NCBI GenBank assembly: GCA_951406725.2
Contig: OX597817.1
Span: forward strand, 57,102,001 to 57,166,000
DNA length: 64,000 bases
Reading direction: 5' to 3'
Source of the DNA: Octopus vulgaris
Taxonomy: Eukaryota
Part shown: in pieces, positions 27,547-40,714 of the stretch
Position numbering within the stretch: position 1 is the stretch's first letter
Layout: every line of letters begins with the position of its first letter
The notes under the pieces: model-generated
Databases searched by the model: none
The model's input: only the letters and a program-made list of their open reading frames with translations
Told to the model about the DNA's origin: nothing
Made by a program: the position numbers and the translations under genes

Positions 27547-28857
27547 AATATACAACTGTCAACATGTATACATGCCTGCATATGTACACATACACACACA
27601 TATATAAATGTATGTACACATAAGTATACATGCATGTTTATGTACATGCTACATGTACATATAGATATATATTCATAAATATTAATGCATGTATACACAC
27701 ATGACTATCGAAGAGAAATATGGAGTTTGGTGCAGTAAAGCAATGCTATGTGGCTGCTGAAGAAATGTTAAAACAATTCAGCAGAGATGAAGCTGATGAC
27801 GGAATGAAGAGGAAGAGGATGGGAAAGCAAAATAAATGGCAGAAAAACCAGAGAAGTTATTGAGTGGTTCAGGAATATGTAATGGAATGGAAGAAGAGAA
27901 AAAAAATTATAAAACATGTGAGACTGTATAAACATTAATTAGCAATTAATTACTAATGAGATAGGTTCTCCTCAGTCAATTCTGTCTTGCTTGACTGAGG
28001 AGTGGATGTGAATGGCAACTGACATTTTGTGTTATCAAAAAAAAAACAAAAAAAACTTAGACATGGCCAAGAGGAAAAGTCTGTCCTGGTTTTAGATCAG
28101 GAATGTAGAAGAATCCGCATATGTTGTAAAAGGTAGCAAAAAAGGGTTAAGAACAAGTGGAGCACCCAGTTATAAATCCCTTCAGAAAATCCTTGCCAGC
28201 ATGGAAGGGCAGATGAAATAACGATGATTTTATAGCAATGAGGATAATAACCAAAATCAATATATTGGTGTTTAAGTATATTTTTGAAAATCAATATGAG
28301 TTTAATGAAAATTGATTGATGGTTGCAGAACTTTATTTATAAAGAATCCCAGAATGGTATCGGAAGTGAGTTTGTTAGATATCTAAAGAGTTGATAGGAT
28401 TTTTATACTGAATAGAGGAAAATAGGGAAGGTGGTATTGAATATGGAAGATGCAAAGAGGCTGGAGGGAAATGAGATGAGTGATCTGTTGAATGTATGAT
28501 GTTAATTACCAAAATACAGAATGAAGCTAATAATGAAGATATCATTAAATGGTGTATATATAAAGGAGAAACAACTGTACCGAGATGAACAAGTGTTGTA
28601 AATGAGAAAATAAAGCAGGGTGTGCATATAAGGAATTGGCGTCATGGAAGGGGAAACTTGAGAAATAACGATGAAACCAACACTCAAAATGTGGAGTGTC
28701 ACATGTTAGGGGACTCATTATTGAAACAAGTGATGGCTGTTGCTAGTATGGAAAGCAGGCATAAAATGATGATTTAAGCACATACATTCCCATACTAACA
28801 GGACTATGATTGAGATGATGATACTTCTGGGCTAAAATTAAAAACTACTCTTATGTT

Positions 28858-29185
28858 TCAATGTTATTATTATCATTATTATTATTACTCAGATCACTGC
28901 CTGGAATTGAAGGATAGGAAAATATTAGATTTATAAGCCCTAAAATTTACCCCATAATTACCTACAGGCATATGGCATAGTGGTTAAGAGCATGGGCTAC
29001 TAACCCCAAGATTCTGAGTTCAATAGCAGGCAGTAACCTGAATAATAATAATAACAAAATCGAAAAATACCTTAGGAACGAGAACCCAGGTTCGAAATTT
29101 CCCCCAGACACCCAATGAAGGCTGGAAGGTATATTAGCCGAAACATTGTGTTAACAACAAACAAGATGAGGACAAATATAGAACT
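28858..29185 (+). mobile_element. Family HH-A copy: short inverted fragment (~28858-28911) plus full plus-strand tRNA head and decayed hammerhead tail
   Basis: ggcatatggcatagtggttaagagc...gagttcaatagc...gacacccaatgaaggctgg...agccgaaacattgtgtt; flanking aactactc(t/a)tat direct repeat at 28843 and 29182. Confidence 0.8.
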
Positions 29186-29497
29186 ACTCATATTTTGCTT
29201 TCTACTTAGAAACCTAAAGTAAAACATTTTCATCCTCTCTCATTTTAAATAACTCTGATGCCTCCCCAGCTGCAACATATCATGGGCAATATGTCTCCAG
29301 TTCTACCTTATAGCTTTGACGATAACTCCACAATGTCTGAATTTCATTAAAACACTGCTTGTTTCTCATCACTGCATTCAATACTTTCATTATGTCTGTA
29401 AGACAGGGAAACACTAACAACTTTTTTAGGCAGCTGAATGAAGAGTCAAAATGCACAGATATTTAACTACCCATGTTAAAAATAATTGTGTCAATAT

Positions 29498-29955
29498 TTA
29501 TTATTATTCGATTTGACTCGGGTTCGTTCTTATTCCTGGTAGAATTTATATAGGGTGTGGGTTACTACCTATAACCTTAGATATCCACAAATTTTCAATA
29601 GTCTTTCAAGTGCTCAAAGACATTCTGATAATGTTTCCTGTTTCTAAGAGGCAAACTTTCTGTAGAAGCTCTAGGAAGGAATTTCAACAGTGTTCATGGT
29701 CTGCTACCACAACAGCTCCTTTATAAGATCCAGTTAGCTCAAGACATCATCAGGAGGAACCACGTCCGGTTTCGGCCCCTACTCCTCTACCGTTTTGACG
29801 TGCCCCCCCCCCCTTTGGAGGCGTCTTCAGCTCTGGTGTTGGGCACATGTCTTCTTTCTTCTTCTTTAGCAAACTTTCTGTAGAAGCTCTACAGGTCATT
29901 CCATTCCAATCTCCTTCAACCATTTCTCTATATCATTACTCACAGTTCCTAATGA
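29498..29955 (-). mobile_element. R4/Dong-like LINE 3' end with (TAA)n tail, interrupted by a 195-bp insertion
   Basis: After removing the insert and one TSD it reads LGTVSNDIEKWLKEIGME*PVELLQKVCLLETGNIIRMSLST*. Confidence 0.7.
29674..29868 (-). mobile_element. 195-bp insertion with 23-bp TSD and two tandem hammerhead-like cores
   Basis: gcaaactttctgtagaagctcta at 29651-29673 and 29869-29891; minus-strand CTGAAGA (29830-29824), GAAA (29773-29770), CTGATGA (29753-29747), GAACACTGTT (29695-29686). Confidence 0.75.
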
Positions 29956-30586
29956 TATCATTATTATTATCAATTAATTAATTAATGAAAGAATAACATG
30001 TATTTAATTCAGTTCATCTTTTCAATGTAGTATACCACATGATATTAATTGTAAAACTTAATATTTATCATTCATGGATTTTCCACAGGTACAAACTGAT
30101 ATATATGCAAAGTTATGAGAGAGAAAAAGAGAAGAGTAGAAGGAAGAGAGGAGAGGAAGAAAGAAGAGAAAAAGCAAAAGAGAAGGAGAGAGAAAGAGAT
30201 ACTTAGGAAGACTGAAGCTTTTTAACATGGAAAACAAAACAAAGGAGACGTGATGAATCTTATGTGAACTCAACAGAGCCTTAATAGAGTTCATGGAGGC
30301 TGGGCATATAAATAATAACATCTTTGTATTATTCACAAACCTCAATATATATATATCTGGAAAAGATACAGTGACGAGGAGAGGTCCACTTGTGAACAAT
30401 GAAGTAACAAGTTCAAATCCTGCTATAGTAAATATGTAACAATAATAAAGAAATACTTCTTTTCATCAAACAAAAAGCTATACTTACTTAATTATTCATG
30501 TAGGAAATGACTACAGGAAGTTTTCTGAGAAACTGTCTGTACAGTTCATTGATATATATATATATATATATATACACATACACACA

Positions 30587-30781
30587 CTTTATTTGATGGT
30601 TAACAAGGCTACTATTGGTTTCATACGGAGAATTCTCAGAACCAACATTGCAATGTGACAGATTTGATAATTGGAGAGAATTCTCAGCATGAAACCAATA
30701 GTAGCTCCTTATTAACCAACAAATAAAGACTAGTTATTCTCCGATGCAGTGTTGAGCACACATTCTCACAGTTCAATACTG

Positions 30782-30783
<2 letters not shown>
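30587..30783. repeat. Foldback insertion in TA/CA microsatellite, ~50-bp arms (30587-30637 / 30676-30728)
   Basis: gagaattctc..atgaaaccaatagtagc..ttaacca.caaataaag present in both orientations. Confidence 0.75.
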
Positions 30784-30817
<34 letters not shown>

Positions 30818-31344
30818 GCACACACACACACACACAGAGGCACTAGAGTTAAATTACATCTTCTGAGCACATATTTAAATATAGACACGCCCACACAGAA
30901 AGACAAAAGGGACAGAAACAGATATCATATTTATATATAATAATAATATATGCATACAAAAACAAATCATATATGTGATGACGCACTAGCATGACAAAGT
31001 GGACTAATTGAGTTTTCTTATTCAGAGGAATCCCACAATGGGCCATTAGCTCCCAACAGGCATTGAGTGGAGATATGGAAGTCATGATAGTCAAGGTTTT
31101 TTTCCCCCCGAGAATCATTAGTGGTGTAAATCAAAGATCAGTTACAACAGAGTGTCAAAACATGCCCCAGAATCAATCTGCTGCTACTTTGAACTAAATC
31201 ACTTGCCCCACTCTCAATAAATAGACCTTCTGTGTATGATAATGACTTTACTTCATAGCTACATTGACATAGCCTCAGTGTTTGTGTGTGCATATGTGAC
31301 CCTGGGCAATGTTCTTTTCCTAAAACAATATGAAGTACTCAATA

Positions 31345-31728
31345 TGTCGTGGCACTCTGTCAGTTATGACGATGAGGGTTCTAGTTAATCCAATCAACAG
31401 AACAGCCTGCTTGTGAATTTAATGTGCAAATGGCAGAGTGTACCACAGACACGTGTACCCTTAACGTAGTTCTCGGGGAGATTCAGCATGACACAGAGTG
31501 TAACAAGGCTGGCCTTTTGAAATACAGGTACATCAGAAACAGGAAGAAAGAATGAAAGTTGTGGTAAAAGAGTACAGCAGGGTTCACCACTACCCCCTGC
31601 CGGAGCTTTATGGAGCTTTAAGTGTTTTCGTTCAATAAACACAATGCCCATGCCCAGTCTGGGAATCGAAACTGTGATTCTACGACCGCGAGTCTGCTGT
31701 CCTAACCACTGGGCCATTGCGCCTCCAC
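31345..31728. mobile_element. Composite of two SINE parts: plus-strand SINE body (~31345-31530) and minus-strand tRNA(Arg)-like SINE head (~31540-31728)
   Basis: Minus gtggaggcgcaatggcccagtggttagg...gactcgcgg...gtttcgattcc matches 44152-44465; body also seen at ~13050-13168. Confidence 0.7.
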
Positions 31729-32638
31729 AATCAATATATACATGAGTGGTGTCTTGTGCGTGTTTAGTAAGTGGTTATACCCAAAGCATGGTTTCCTGTT
31801 CGTGTCCAAGATAGGGCTTTTCTAGACACTCTTAAGTAGGGTCTTTCTAGATGCCATCACTACATCCAAATACCTGCACACGAGTGAAATCATGGTGCAG
31901 ATGTGACAATAACTATTTAACACTTGTGTGTATGCATGTGTTTGCATATACACACACTCTCTCCTAAATCTGAGTAGTCACATCCCTCCTTTTACATTCT
32001 GTGATCATGCAAGCTGCACAATAGACTCTCAAGTGCCATCGGCACAAGAAAAGCACCCAATACTCACTGTAAAGTGGTTGGTGTTAGGAAGGGCATCTGA
32101 CCATAGGAACCATACCAAAGCAGACATCGATCGATACTTGATGCAGTCCTTGGACCCAGGGGATCCTAATAAACCATCCAACCCATGACAGCACAGAAAA
32201 TGGATATTAAATGATGATATCTCACACACATACATTTATAAAGAATTAGAACTTGATTATGGAACCCATATTACTCCATGTGCAAATCACAGTAAAATTT
32301 AAAGTTTAATTAGCAATGCAAATTGTCAAAACGAAAATACAACATCTATGATAAACAAATTTACCCTGAAATCTCCAAAAAGCCTTAAAACTCAGGTGAT
32401 GCTTTTAAATTATTCTAATAATGCTAACTTGATAAGAGTTACACAGTGTAAACCATTAGAGATGGTAGTTTAGTCAAATTAAGAGTCATTAACACTTAAA
32501 GCTCAGAGGAAAACTGAAAAACTGTCATTTTTTTTTTTAATTATAAAGCAAAAAACACAACTGAAATATTAGAGAAAATATAAGTCCAAAAGAATATAAT
32601 TAATTAATTAATAAGTTAAGGTATGAACTGTTACTTAC

Positions 32639-32934
32639 AGTTACTGTTTGAACTAGTAGGACTGCTGAATCCTCGCCCTGCAATGTCTTCCTGTGAACTT
32701 GTCGAATGAATACTACTAGCATCATCTTCACCAACCTCGGGAGGTTTCGATGAACGCACTATCATGCTCTTTGGACGTGGTTTGGGATTCCGAGCTGGAC
32801 GCTCGTAACGATCAGTTGGTGGATTCTTTTCGTCGTCTTCCTCCTTTCTCTTCCGTTCCTTATATTGTTGCAGAATCATCTGCCTGCGCGCCTTTTCTTG
32901 CTCTTTCCTCTGAGCTATTTCTTCCTTCTTCAAC
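32639..32934 (-). CDS. Patronin: CAMSAP/patronin exon, CC3 second half and basic linker (LKKEEIAQRKEQEKARRQMILQQYKERK...KPRPKS...)
   Basis: Acceptor ttctag, donor gtaagt, 296 nt, phase 2->1; RR..I...Y..RK and KPRPKS motifs of CAMSAPs. Confidence 0.93.
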
Positions 32935-33027
32935 CTAGAATTAAATTTAGTTTATGAATAAAAAGAAAATAACTCAAATACTAGATTTTAAAAAAATAAT
33001 AAAAAATTCAAATTTAACATAATTATA

Positions 33028-33268
33028 CGTGGAGTCAAAACAAAAAACTCCGACTCCGCTATGTAATTAAGCAATTGTGGTCTGCATATCTCATAAAGCA
33101 TATGCATACGCTTGTACTTTGAGTCAGCCTATATGTTATAACTGGCTTATATTAAAGAATAAAGATATTGCGAGTCGGAATTAGAGTCAATATAGTTTTA
33201 CCGACACCGACTCCAGCTACCACTTAATTGTTTCCGACTGACTCTATGACTCCGACTCCACAGACCTG
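33028..33268. mobile_element. Small DNA-transposon derivative with repeated ggagtc/gactcc subterminal motifs
   Basis: gtggagtc ... ctccgactccg ... gagtcgga ... gactccgactccacagacctg. Confidence 0.55.
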
Positions 33269-33480
33269 CTGGTGAAGAAACCTTTACTGCTTAAATGAGT
33301 GAATCAGACTGACCATGAAATAGTTATTACTAGTACGTAAGGATTACACTGATCGTCCGCATGTGGGTTGGACAAGTCATCAAATATTTATCATTATACA
33401 TCACTGAAGCAAAGAAAGAATACAAGGGCTATGTGCAGGGACATTGTTATGGCAAAAGAAGGAACCAAAAATTATTTTAC

Positions 33481-33608
33481 ATCTCTTGTGCTCTCTTCTT
33501 AGCAAACGCTTCTTCTTTCTGCTGTCGACGTAATTCCTGTTCTTCTCGTCTCTTCTGTTGCTGTTTCAACATTCGCTTTCTCCTCACCGCCATCTCATCT
33601 TCATCAAG
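33481..33608 (-). CDS. Patronin: CAMSAP/patronin exon, CC3 first half (LDEDEMAVRRKRMLKQQQKRREEQELRRQQKEE...)
   Basis: Acceptor ttgcag, donor gtaaaa, 128 nt, phase 0->2; EDEMA motif. Confidence 0.92.
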
Positions 33609-34692
33609 CTGCAATCAGATGTGTTACAAACAACTGTCACACGCTTATAGACCTACGATCCATTATGCACTCTGAATGAATCCACACACACACACACACA
33701 CAATTGAGAGAAAGAAAGGAAGGAAGAGGGAGACTCAGTGAAATCAACTTTGACTTTCACCCTTTCCAAGGTCAATAAATAGAGCTACCAAGTACCAATT
33801 GAGGATGGAGAATCGTAGGAATTGGTAGAGGATCAGAAAGGATGAGAAACCTCAGTGTTATGGAAAGGGAACAAAGACATGCAGAGTCAAATGCTAGTCT
33901 TCCACAAAAAAACAAAAAAAAACCAACTTACCTATGTTCTCACTCTTAGAGTCATATTCTCAGGAAACCTGTAGTGCTTACAGAATCTCTCTTTCTCTCT
34001 CTATACACACACACACACACACTAATGCAGGGCCTCCACTGGTCACAACTGGTTGTGCAGCTACACGTGTGCAATCATGGACAGATCTTTTGAAGAACAC
34101 TGAATATTGCCCTTCATTACAAGTCTCCTTTCTCCATACCACCAATATTTCCAAAGAGAAAAGCTGCAGATTCGCCCAATACGGCTTGGAACCAGTATCG
34201 TCAGCAGACAATGCTGTCTTGTACTTGCAGAGGTGTTTACCTTGGCTGGGTTGAGCCAGCCCCAACCTATGAGTTCACCACATCAACTCGCAAACGCTGA
34301 CTACATCCGAGTGTTGGCCCTAACATTCCAGCAGGTAAAGTAACACTTCTGCCCGCTGCCCAAGAATCCACCTTGCAAGTTTGACAAATGCCCCACTGGG
34401 AGAGTAAACACGTTGGATATTGTGGACACCACTGCAATAATCATCATTTGTTGTTGAGGTGGAGGGTTCATGCCCAGAGTGAGACAACAGCAAAGAGTCG
34501 AAATAGATACTGCTAGGCATCTCACCTGATCAACTAACAAATCCGATAACCCATCGTCCTAAACTGGTACTTTGTCAACATAAAAGGATGAATGGGGATT
34601 GAACTCATAGCCCAGGGAGTCAGAACAGATACCACAAGGCATTCTGTTCAACACCAATGACTCTAACCAATTCACCACTTGAACTAATACAC

Positions 34693-34925
34693 ATTTCTTT
34701 ACTGCCCACAAGGGGCTACACACAGAGGGGGCAAACAAGGACAGACAAACGGATTAAGTCGATTATATCGACTCCAGTGCGTAACTGGTACTTATTTAAT
34801 CGACCCCCAAAAGGATGAAAGGCAAAGTCGACCTCGGTGGAATTTGAACTCAGAACGTAACAGCAGACGAAATACCGCTGAGCATTTCGCCCGGCGTGCT
34901 AACGTTTCTGCCAGCTCGCCGCCTT
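34693..34925 (-). mobile_element. Most abundant SINE family of the window (ggcggcgagctggcagaa head), best-preserved copy
   Basis: B box gagttcaaattcc; other copies at ~8245, 12565, 12740, 24060, 24250, 24850, 34560, 38480, 46880, 47220, 47990, 48255, 59005, 59650, 61057. Confidence 0.85.
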
Positions 34926-35087
34926 GAACTAATACAAACGCAATTTTAATAGAGTATTTAACTAATTAGAGCATGTTCCTGTATGGTCAGCCCCAAATAT
35001 GAAATGGTACCTCCATATTACATCTGGGGATCAGCAACATAAAATTTAAGTAACAAAATGTCAGATTTTACAATCATAAAATAACAT

Positions 35088-35259
35088 AGGCGCAGGAGTG
35101 GCTGTGTGGTAAGTAGCTTGCTAACCAACCAAATGGTTCCGGGTTCAGTCCCACTGCGTGGCACCTTGGGCAAGTGTCTTCTGCTATAGCCCCGGGCCGA
35201 CCAATGCCTTGTGAGTGGATTTGGTAGACGGAAACTGAAAGAAGCCTGTCGTATATATG

Positions 35260-35305
<46 letters not shown>

Positions 35306-35498
35306 TCCCTAGCATTGCTTGACAACCGATGCTGGTGTGTTTACGTCCCCGTCACTTAGCGGTTCGGCAAAAGAGACCGATAGAATAAGTACTGGGCTTA
35401 CAAAGAATAAGTCCCGGGGTCGATTTCCTCGACTAAAGGCGGTGCTCCAGCATGGCCGCAGTCAAATGACTGAAACAAGTAAAAGAGTAAAAGAGTAA
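35088..35498 (+). mobile_element. Full-length CORE-like tRNA SINE with internal (GT)n and (aaagagta) tail
   Basis: gtggctgtgtggtaag...gggttcagtccc...ggcaccttgggcaagtgtctt; relatives at 15465, 42405, 58245 (minus) and 60630 (plus). Confidence 0.85.
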
Positions 35499-35831
35499 GG
35501 AGTATTCTACCTTTGTACCAAGTACTTTTCCTCCTTGTCTTATTATACTTAAAGAGACATAAATCTTTAGGTAAATATATTCAATAAGAATATTATGTAC
35601 TGAATTTGTATTGAGTGCTCAATTGTTTCAAAATATTAATACTATTAAAGTATTTATATATTTAATATGAGCGATATATACATATATTTTTAATAATATA
35701 ACTATCAAATTTATTTATACATATTTACATATATTTTTATTTATATTTATTTATTTATACATATTTTTAATACAATAAGTATTTTCACATGAGTATATCT
35801 TTATGATGAGTTTGGATATTAATTTCCTTAT

Positions 35832-35865
<34 letters not shown>

Positions 35866-36078
35866 AAAATATATGTACTTAAAAAAACATATACAGGGTG
35901 TCTAGTATAGTAACTTCTGATGATATAAATACCAAGGATTAAATAAGAAAATCCTTACATACTCACACACACACACACATATTTGGTGCATATTTACATA
36001 AAAGAGTGAATACATTAGCAAAACTCTTTTAGAAATCACAGAATATAAGCAAATTTTCAAAAGTAGAGGAAAACCTAC

Positions 36079-37019
36079 ACATTCTTCCGGTTCTTCTAAA
36101 ACAAATGCAACAGCTGGAGCTGCTGGTACATCTTCCTCTTCTACAACTGGAGGAGGTGCAGTGGGTGGAGGAAGAGGCTTCGATGGTGACGGTAATTTGG
36201 GAGGAGTGGCCGCCTCAGCGGTCTCCTTGGAAACCGGTGGAACGGGTAACTTCTCGTCCTTCTTCTCTTCTTTCTTCTCTCGTTTGGTAAGTTTCGGCTT
36301 GGGACGACGCGGCTGTTCGTTACCAAATGACACAAAGAATCCTTCATTGGCAGAAGACGTCGGCTCCTCGCTAGTGTCTGTTTCAGCAGTCGCTGTGGGT
36401 GCCTCTTCAGACTGACTGGGTACATCGGCCGAAGACGTGGTAGGAGGTGGAGGCTGTTTACTTGGTCGATGCGGAGGACTGCTGCTGATGCTGCTGCTAG
36501 GGGACCCATGGTGACTGCTCTGATTGCTTTTCAAACTCTGTCGACTGGGACTACCTGATGGGGAATGCCAACTTGTTACCCCAGAGCTGGTGACAGTATT
36601 ATTTGTGTTAACATTATTGGTAATATTACTACTCGTGTTAATATTATTACTACTATTTAAATATGGTACATATCCTGAAGAGGACGCAGCATGAGGGTGA
36701 GGTGCGTACCCAGAAGGTAATGGTTCCTCTTGAGTCCTGGTTTGGTTACCGTGTAGCGAAAAAGCACCCCCCGCTGCCGATGTTATCACAGCATTAGCCA
36801 TACTTGGATGTACACCTGCGAGTTCGGGCTTCGGATGTCCTGGAAGACCACTGTAGGGAGTCGCTGTCGGAATTGGTTGGCCGACCGATGTGGTGTACGT
36901 GTTTGGTAGGTGGTGGGCTATACCGACAGAGTGAGGTGGAGGGGTAGGGTATGGTGACATGACTGGCGACATGTAAGGCTGTGTTGGTGGTGTTGGGGAA
37001 TGCAACATAAACTGTTGAC
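36079..37019 (-). CDS. Patronin: CAMSAP/patronin exon, Pro/Ser-rich region (GQQFMLHSPTPP...GFFVSFGNEQPRRPKPKL...AFVLEEPEEC)
   Basis: Within ORF 35902-37110; acceptor tttttcag, donor gtaggt, 941 nt, phase 1->0; GFFVSF..PxxPKP motif of invertebrate patronins. Confidence 0.92.
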
Positions 37020-37665
37020 CTGAAAAAGTGAAGAGAAAATGGAATTCAAGAACAGATTCTTTACAGAACAGAAACCAAAGTATCAAAATATCAAACAACA
37101 AAAACAGCAAAAAAAAAGAAAAATTAATATATATTTTGTAAAATGCTTAAAAGAGAATCTAAATTATATTATTTAATGTTAGAACAATAGAAAATTCTTT
37201 TTTAAAAATATAATAATTAAGAATTAATGACTTAATTTTGAGATGTACCGCCTCAAGTTTAAAGAGAATAAATAGCAAGATAAGTGAAGCAATTTCAACC
37301 AAGAATTGAAACCCAATCAGCCCAACTTGAAGCTTAACTTGTCAGAAATATTTAGTTCTGTACCAAAACATGACCCACGTTTCAAGAATTAAGGTTTGTC
37401 ACCATCAAAGACACATTCTAAAAATGTGTGAAGGTTTCGACTAAATTCTCAAATATTACAGAAAAATGATATTTGGGGAACAGCTTTGTCTTGACATCCT
37501 AAAATAACGAGTGTTTGAAAAAATGAACTTAAAGAGACCACATTACAACAACAACAAGAACAACAACCTAAATAACACAATACAAAAAATACAGAAACAA
37601 TCAAATCACACACCTGATCAAGTTACAGAATGGACAATGTTTATTTCTAAACCGTTGAGAGAGAG

Positions 37666-37729
<64 letters not shown>

Positions 37730-37765
37730 TGTGCGTGCTTGTGTGTTTGTTTGTGTGTGTGTGTT

Positions 37766-37805
<40 letters not shown>

Positions 37806-40458
37806 AGACTCCTTGAACTTAAACAAGAATTGAAAATAGAAATGTCAAGGGGTAGGTTGAAGTAGAATGTTCGATATCGAGAAAGGCTTTGTAATTAATT
37901 GATAAATTTTGTTTTTCTTTTTAGATAATTTAAAACAAATTTCAAAGGATGAGATTGATTTCTAATCTTGCAAAAACCATGATGAATGAGAAGACACTCC
38001 AAGAAACTTTTTTTTTTTTGGCATAACTATGAGGGTCCTTTCATAAAAACTCCCTTGAAGGTGGTGCTAGTGAAATAACTCTTGAACAAATGGAATGGAG
38101 GAAAGACCCAATACATATCAGTTTGGAAAACAAACTTTACTATCAATGTTCACTTCCAAAAATGGTCCTCCTTGTGAAACTCCAGTCAGTTCTCTATGAA
38201 CAAATCCTTGCCATTGCATTTTTATGGACCATTTATAGATTATGTCATTGGCCAAAGAACACTTAACATTACTGGAACTATATTTGGTTATGTGGTATTC
38301 GGATGGTAGGTCTGATACACAAACTGACTAAATACTTTAACTCTTTTAATGCCAATCCACTCAAGACAACCACTGCTTTCACAATGCCAACTTCCTGCTT
38401 TAAAGGAAATTAAATAAGAATCATCCATTGATATTTCATGTTATGTTCCAAACACTAACTTAAGAATTTCAAATTTTTGTCACAAGGGTAGCTTGGGGGA
38501 GGGGATTAAGTCGATTACATCAACCCCATGTTTCACTGGTACAAAATTTATCGACCCCGAAAGGATGAAAGGCAAATAGCAACGGACAAAATACCACTAG
38601 GCATTATTCCATCCAGCATGCTAACAATTCTGCCAGCTCACCACATTTTACAAAATTTCTCACCATTTTCAAAATTAATTAGAAAGAGGCAGTGTATTTT
38701 GATATATGGTAACAAAATGGTGTTATCAGCCTTTTGCTGCCTGATTCTTTGGGGTCTTTCACAGAATTGAATCAGTTTACATCGCCTAACAAAACACTGT
38801 TCCAAACACGAAGTTGTTTAGTTCCAAGTCAGTGTTGAACTACAATCAAAGAAGGGGTTCCATCTGGGGCCAGACTTAGACAGCCACAGGGTCATCTGGG
38901 ACAACATTGTCCAATGTGTTTTTTTCAAGACAGTAGGTGTCTGGTTTGAGGGCTATTTGCCTGTTATTTTTAGGTCAAGCAAACCTACTGAATTTCCCCA
39001 ATGGCTCAACCATCGCCAAGGAGTGTGTAAAAGAAATGAAACAGATGAAGAAACTTAAATACGTTATTGTAAAATAGACATTAAAAGAGACAGAAATAAG
39101 TTTTTTTTTTTGTAGGATCAACAAATGAAATTACAATACAGACATGCAGTTCATGTTGTTGACAAACACATTTAACAGATTTACTAAAATGGGAAGATGA
39201 AACACCAAAACGAACTTATTTCCAGAGAAAAGCTTCAAAATAAACACATCAATACAACAACATGGAGCCTTAGACAAAACGACACAATTTTAACAAAAGC
39301 CAACAGCTGTCAATATTTTATCGAGAAAGGAAAATGATTTATCTCAGCTATTTTCAACAGTCTATTATTTCACTAATTAAAAATCTATTGATTTTATAAG
39401 AATTTCATACTAATATCTATAAAATATATATATCCTCTCTCTCAACTTCGTTTATGCATGTGTGTCATTTAAAGCTCAAGTTTGTGATGAGCAATTTGGC
39501 CAATAAATTAAATGACACACTTGAAGAACTGTTCGGTAAGTCATCAAAGCAGAATATCACAATAAAATTTCAAATCCACTCCAAATTCTAAATTGCATGT
39601 GAAAATTTAATTTGAAAACCTCATTTAATTTAGACTGTTTTATGGAAATCTTTCAAGAAAAACAACACATGGAAAGATAAAGAAATAAAATTTTATGAAA
39701 ATTTTTTTTAAATAATAAAAACTAAAAATGATGAAGCAAGTTAAATAGCGTTGTACGAAGACAGTGTATGGCATCTTAAATATCCTCAGACACATTTCAA
39801 AAACATGTAAGAATTTTAGACTTGAAGACTTTTCAGAAATGAAAATGACAAATAAAAAGAGAACTCTTAATAATCATAAACATTCCACGACAACATGCTA
39901 AATATACGACAATATATATAAAGGTTTCTAAGGTTCACATATTTAACAAATGGACATGCAGTGCTGGACAAGAATGCTGCAACAATGACAACAACCGTGA
40001 TTCAAAGAAGAAAATTAAAATATACAATGGATTAAATTAATACAACAAATTTATATATTACTGTTTTCTAATAAATTCAATAGGTTTCATAAATGTTCAC
40101 AATAATTTAAAAAGAAAAATATAAAATATTATATATAAAGACCCCCGGATTGAGCCATGGCTGGTCAAGTGAAACAGGGCAAGGAGAAAAAATTAGGGGA
40201 GAAAAAGTTCCTTATTTTTTTGTTTTTTTTGTTTTTTATCAAAGTGGATTTTTTTTTTTTTTTTTAAATTTGTTCAAAACTTAATATTCAACAACCTTCC
40301 AGAAAGAGGACTACAGGAGCAAACGGTAGCAATGCACTCAGATTTTTATGTCGCATCAGATCTAGTCGTTACGCTACACAAGCCACAGAGCACGGCAACA
40401 AGAGAAGAATATTCTACAAACGCAGTCAGTAGAAGAACAGACACACAGACAGACATAC

Positions 40459-40533
40459 GGTGTCTGCAAGTTAATGCCGATGCTACTGCTATGATACGAG
40501 TTAATACTTTGAAAGGTAGGGATTTTTCACATC
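40459..40533 (-). CDS. Candidate 75-nt cassette exon (GCEKSLPFKVLTRIIAVASALTCRH)
   Basis: Acceptor attttcacctttaag, donor gtatgt, phase 1->1 matching its host intron, open frame; no homology support. Confidence 0.35.
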
Positions 40534-40682
40534 CTTAAAGGTGAAAATATGTTTAATTTTCATCTCCAAAGATGAGCTTCAAACACAAAAAAAACCATGA
40601 ACAACAAAACAACTCAAAACATTTAGCAATATTGTTAAACTATATTAGAGGAAAGAACATTCTATACACACACACGTGTATG

Positions 40683-40714
<32 letters not shown>

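Noticed and set aside
28967-29040. tRNA-like sequences here and at 14620-14690, 44390-44465, 31655-31728 as tRNA genes
   Set aside because: No complete acceptor stem and each continues into a repeat body; these are SINE heads
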